Below, piece after piece: positions 60,901 through 64,000 of a DNA stretch of 64,000 nucleotides; within the stretch, counting starts at the first letter, position 1, and every line of letters starts with the position of its first letter. Source of the DNA: an uncultured Chthonomonadaceae bacterium (GTDB lineage Bacteria > Armatimonadota > Chthonomonadetes > Chthonomonadales > Chthonomonadaceae); contig CAWIEK010000039.1 in the NCBI GenBank assembly GCA_963835065.1, positions 1-64,000 of the forward strand. The letters run 5' to 3'. Position numbers and translations under genes: made by a program. The notes below the pieces were generated by a model, which worked only from the letters and a program-made list of their open reading frames with translations, did not search any database and was not told where the DNA came from.

Positions 60901-63832
60901 GCGCCCCAACGACAGCACGGGAACCATCGCCAGCATCCCGGATAAGCCGTATGACTTCGACTACCAGGCGAACACGCTGAATCAGCCTGCAAATCCAAAC
61001 GGCCCGTCGTACATTCAGCAGCAGCAGCTAATCGGGTTGTTTGGCCGTCCGTCTGTGGGAATGGCAATACCCATCGGTACGCCGGTGGGAACCTACAGCG
61101 CGCCCATCTTCCCGTATGAGGATGGCCTGCCGATACAATGGGTGGAATGGCTGAACAGTTCCACGTTAAGCTCGGTCGCCAAACCCGCCAACATCCTGGG
61201 CAACAACGACGACATTCTGAACACCACGCAGGCCGGCGCGCTGGCGGAACCCTACGCCAATCCCTCGCCAATCGTGAAAGTGTCGGTTCGGGAGTCCCGC
61301 CTGACCGAAGGCGCGACAAACGGCTCCATGCCGCAGATTGACGTGCGCAATAACAACGGCGGCTACGATCCCATCGGCTTCAACATGCAGCCCTCCGCGA
61401 TCATGGTTCCGCAGGCCGGAACCGCCACGAATGTCTATAACAAGATATTCCTGTACTGGGCGACCAACCGGCAATTCAACCCGGCGGGCAACAACGGCAA
61501 GTACAACGTGTCCGGGCTGCCCACGCCGTTCGCGCCGTACAATCTCGCGTACTCCTCGCTCATCACGCCGTATGCCTACCTGAACGGCTACTATCGGGGC
61601 GACGCGGACTTCGGCTACTACAAGGGCAACAACGCGCTGTTCCCGGACAACGTGCGAATGCCGCAATGGTGGAGCGCGGGCTATCCCAAGAACTCGCCGT
61701 TCGCGCTGTTGCCGGGCTTCGATATGAACGGCGACCCGCTGGATTACACCAAGCTGTTTCCGCAGCAGACGGGTTCCAGCAATGTCGTCAGCCCGCCGTC
61801 TGTCCGGTACGGCAGCCCCGCCACCACGCTGGCTACGCTGTACAACGAGGCCACCGGCAACTTCGAGATTGACCCGGAAGCCTACCTGACCGCGCAGGGC
61901 ATTGCGGACAAGACTTCGGGCACGGATGCGTCGGGCCGCGCGCTTCCGCAGCAGACGGAAACCCGCACGTTTGTCGCGTCGCTGGCGAATCGCTCGGGCA
62001 ATTCGGAACCGGGAGCGCCGGACTATACCAATAGCACAACCGATACGTGGTTCAAATCGTTTATCAACGATCCCACGCTGCCCAAACTCAGCCCGCGCCC
62101 GCTGCTGGTCAAACTGCGCAGCGCGCCTGTCAACGGCAGTACGCAGGACCTCAAGTTCCTGTACGTGTTCTGGTTTACCGGCGCGCAGAACCGCACAAGC
62201 CTGTACTACAACGTGAACGTGCAGGCGGGTGGCCTGAATCAGAAGTTCGATGACAAGGGCTTCCAGGTTCTGGGCGACCAGAAACTGTCCACGCCCGGCG
62301 CGCTGACATGGCAGAGTGATCCGTACCCGGTCTTCCGCCGCGCTTACGACCCGACATTAGGCCAGGTTGTGGATGCGGTAGACGTGATGTTTACGGGACA
62401 ATTGAAGAACCGGCAAGTGTCGGAAGTGATGCTGGCCCGCTACCGCATCGTGGAGCAGGCGGTTCCGGCTGGCACGAGTACGCCCGCGCTTGCGGTCGGC
62501 CAACTGGTTGCGATGCCGTTCCCGACGGTGCATCAGGAAACCCTGACGCCCGTGCCCGGAACCAACACGTATGCGGCGCGGGACGCGGCCTGGTTCCTGC
62601 CCAACGATCAGCAGACGGCGGATACGGCAGCTAACCGCTACATGCGTATCTACCTTTCGCAGAAGGGAACCAGCCAACTCTACCTGATTAACAGCCAGGC
62701 GTATATCAACGGCGGAACCAATGTCGCCAATGGAACGCAGCGCGGGCGCATTGACCCGGCTTCCGGCCTGGTCTACTTCAACGCGGTCGCTGTGGATACG
62801 GGCACAAACAAAATCGCCATGAACGGCACTCGCCCGGTCTATGGCGGCGGGCAGATCGTGGTGGATGCGCGGTCTGGTACGGTTTCGTTCCCGAACATCC
62901 CGCCCGGCAAAACGGATCGGCTGTATGCGTCTTACACGCCTTATCTGCTGCGGGTCAACACGTCCCGCGACGAAAGCAATGTGGAGCGCGACAGCACAGA
63001 TATTTCGGGCAATCCCAATCCGTATGGCGGTTTCAACCTGGCCGCCTTCCCGGCGCACCCGGCAGTGTCATCCAGCGGGCAGAACTACTCGCCGACGTTC
63101 ATCATGGATCGCGCCGCCAACTTCCGGGGTACGCTCCAGTCGCCGCAGGTGCTGTTCGGCGTCAACAATCAGCCCGCGACCTCGTTCAACAACCAGGGCG
63201 CGCTTGTTGGAGGCTCACTGCCGCCCGTAGCTCGCATGTGGGCGTTCTACCGCAAGACCGACGCGGCGGGAAGCATCAAGGGAACCGTGTTCTTGAAATC
63301 GCTGCGGCTGACGGCGCGTTTGCCCCTGCCCGTCGCAACGATTGCCACTGTAGGTACGGCAACTGCGCCGATTGCCTCGCAACGCATCCAGTCCATAACC
63401 GTTACCGGCGTAGATAGGCCATTGACGCGGGGGTATGAGGTGGATTGGGTACGCGGGCGCGTGTACTTCCAGGAGGAGGATGAGGGCAATCTCGTCAAGA
63501 TCAACTATCAGTACTACAATCCGAGAAATGGGCAGTCCGCCAATTCCGGCGACCTGTACTACCGGGTAGCGTGGAGCGACGAGATCAGCGCGGCGGGCGT
63601 CACCAATGGCGATCAAACAACGCCGGAAGTGGCAATGCCGACCTCCTCGGTTGTCAACGAAGGCCAGATTGCCGCGTTCAAAGACCCGTACATTGACAAA
63701 GTGTGGCTGTTCTGGAGCAGCACCCGCGCGGGAACCACCATCGGCGCCAACAACAATCCGCTCGGCGAAACCGACCTGTACTACGAAACGCTCGCGCCGC
63801 AGTTCTACCCGTCGGCGAGTAATCAGTATTAG
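54942..63832 (+). CDS. giant secreted protein (~2960 aa) with carbohydrate-binding-like domain and PQQ-like propeller (frameshifts near 56183, 58445)
   Basis: Signal peptide ..SARA-Q; FASPV, GRIYALDA, DGRLYTFDA, GDGHVYG, GDTNGQLRAY; three ORFs overlap with 1-nt shifts and show no obvious internal RBS or signal peptide. Confidence 0.7.
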
Positions 63833-63834
63833 GA

Positions 63835-63959
63835 AGTAGTCAGTAGCCAGTAGACAGTAGTCAGTAGAAATGCCTCACTACTCGAAGCTGTGCAGAACAA
63901 GAACAGCTTGCAAGAAACGGGCATTTCTACTGACTACTGACTACTGGCTACTGACTACT
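63835..63959. repeat. heptamer-arm palindrome (AGTAGNC)4 ... (GRCTACT)4
   Basis: 40-bp arms 63835-63874 and 63920-63959 with one mismatch, 2 nt after the TAG. Confidence 0.95.
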
Positions 63960-64000
63960 CCTCCTCACCCACGCCTCTGCATCGTACTGCAACTGCTGTA

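Overview
Bacterial DNA that is GC-rich in its core genes. The gene content (many FTLIELLVVIAIIAILAAILFPVF prepilins, a SARP/NB-ARC/TPR regulator) suggests Armatimonadota; this is inference. From left to right the window holds: secreted and membrane hypotheticals; infC-rpmI-rplT-pheS-pheT; a GHMP-kinase/NDP-sugar pyrophosphorylase fusion with a tandem copy of its 3' end; an AT-richer accessory patch (HTH+HNH pair, collagen-like protein, split STAND regulator, XisI fragment); tkt, a nucleotidyltransferase, an oxidoreductase, an MFS transporter and ruvX-mltG-yqeG-aroE; and a 33-kb type IV pilus locus (pilB, degenerate pilB copy, pilT, pilC fragment, pilC, pilD, five prepilins of which three are giant, two giant secreted beta-propeller proteins). 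Many genes, including essential pheT, carry single-base frameshifts, most likely assembly errors. The most striking unexplained structure is a dense family of palindromes, typically 120-145 bp, whose arms are about 4 tandem copies of a 7(-8)-nt unit. The unit differs between copies even when the spacers are homologous, the elements sit directly behind stop codons, and composite arrays of the same kind of unit are inserted in frame in several proteins. No rRNA, tRNA, CRISPR array or transposase was seen.
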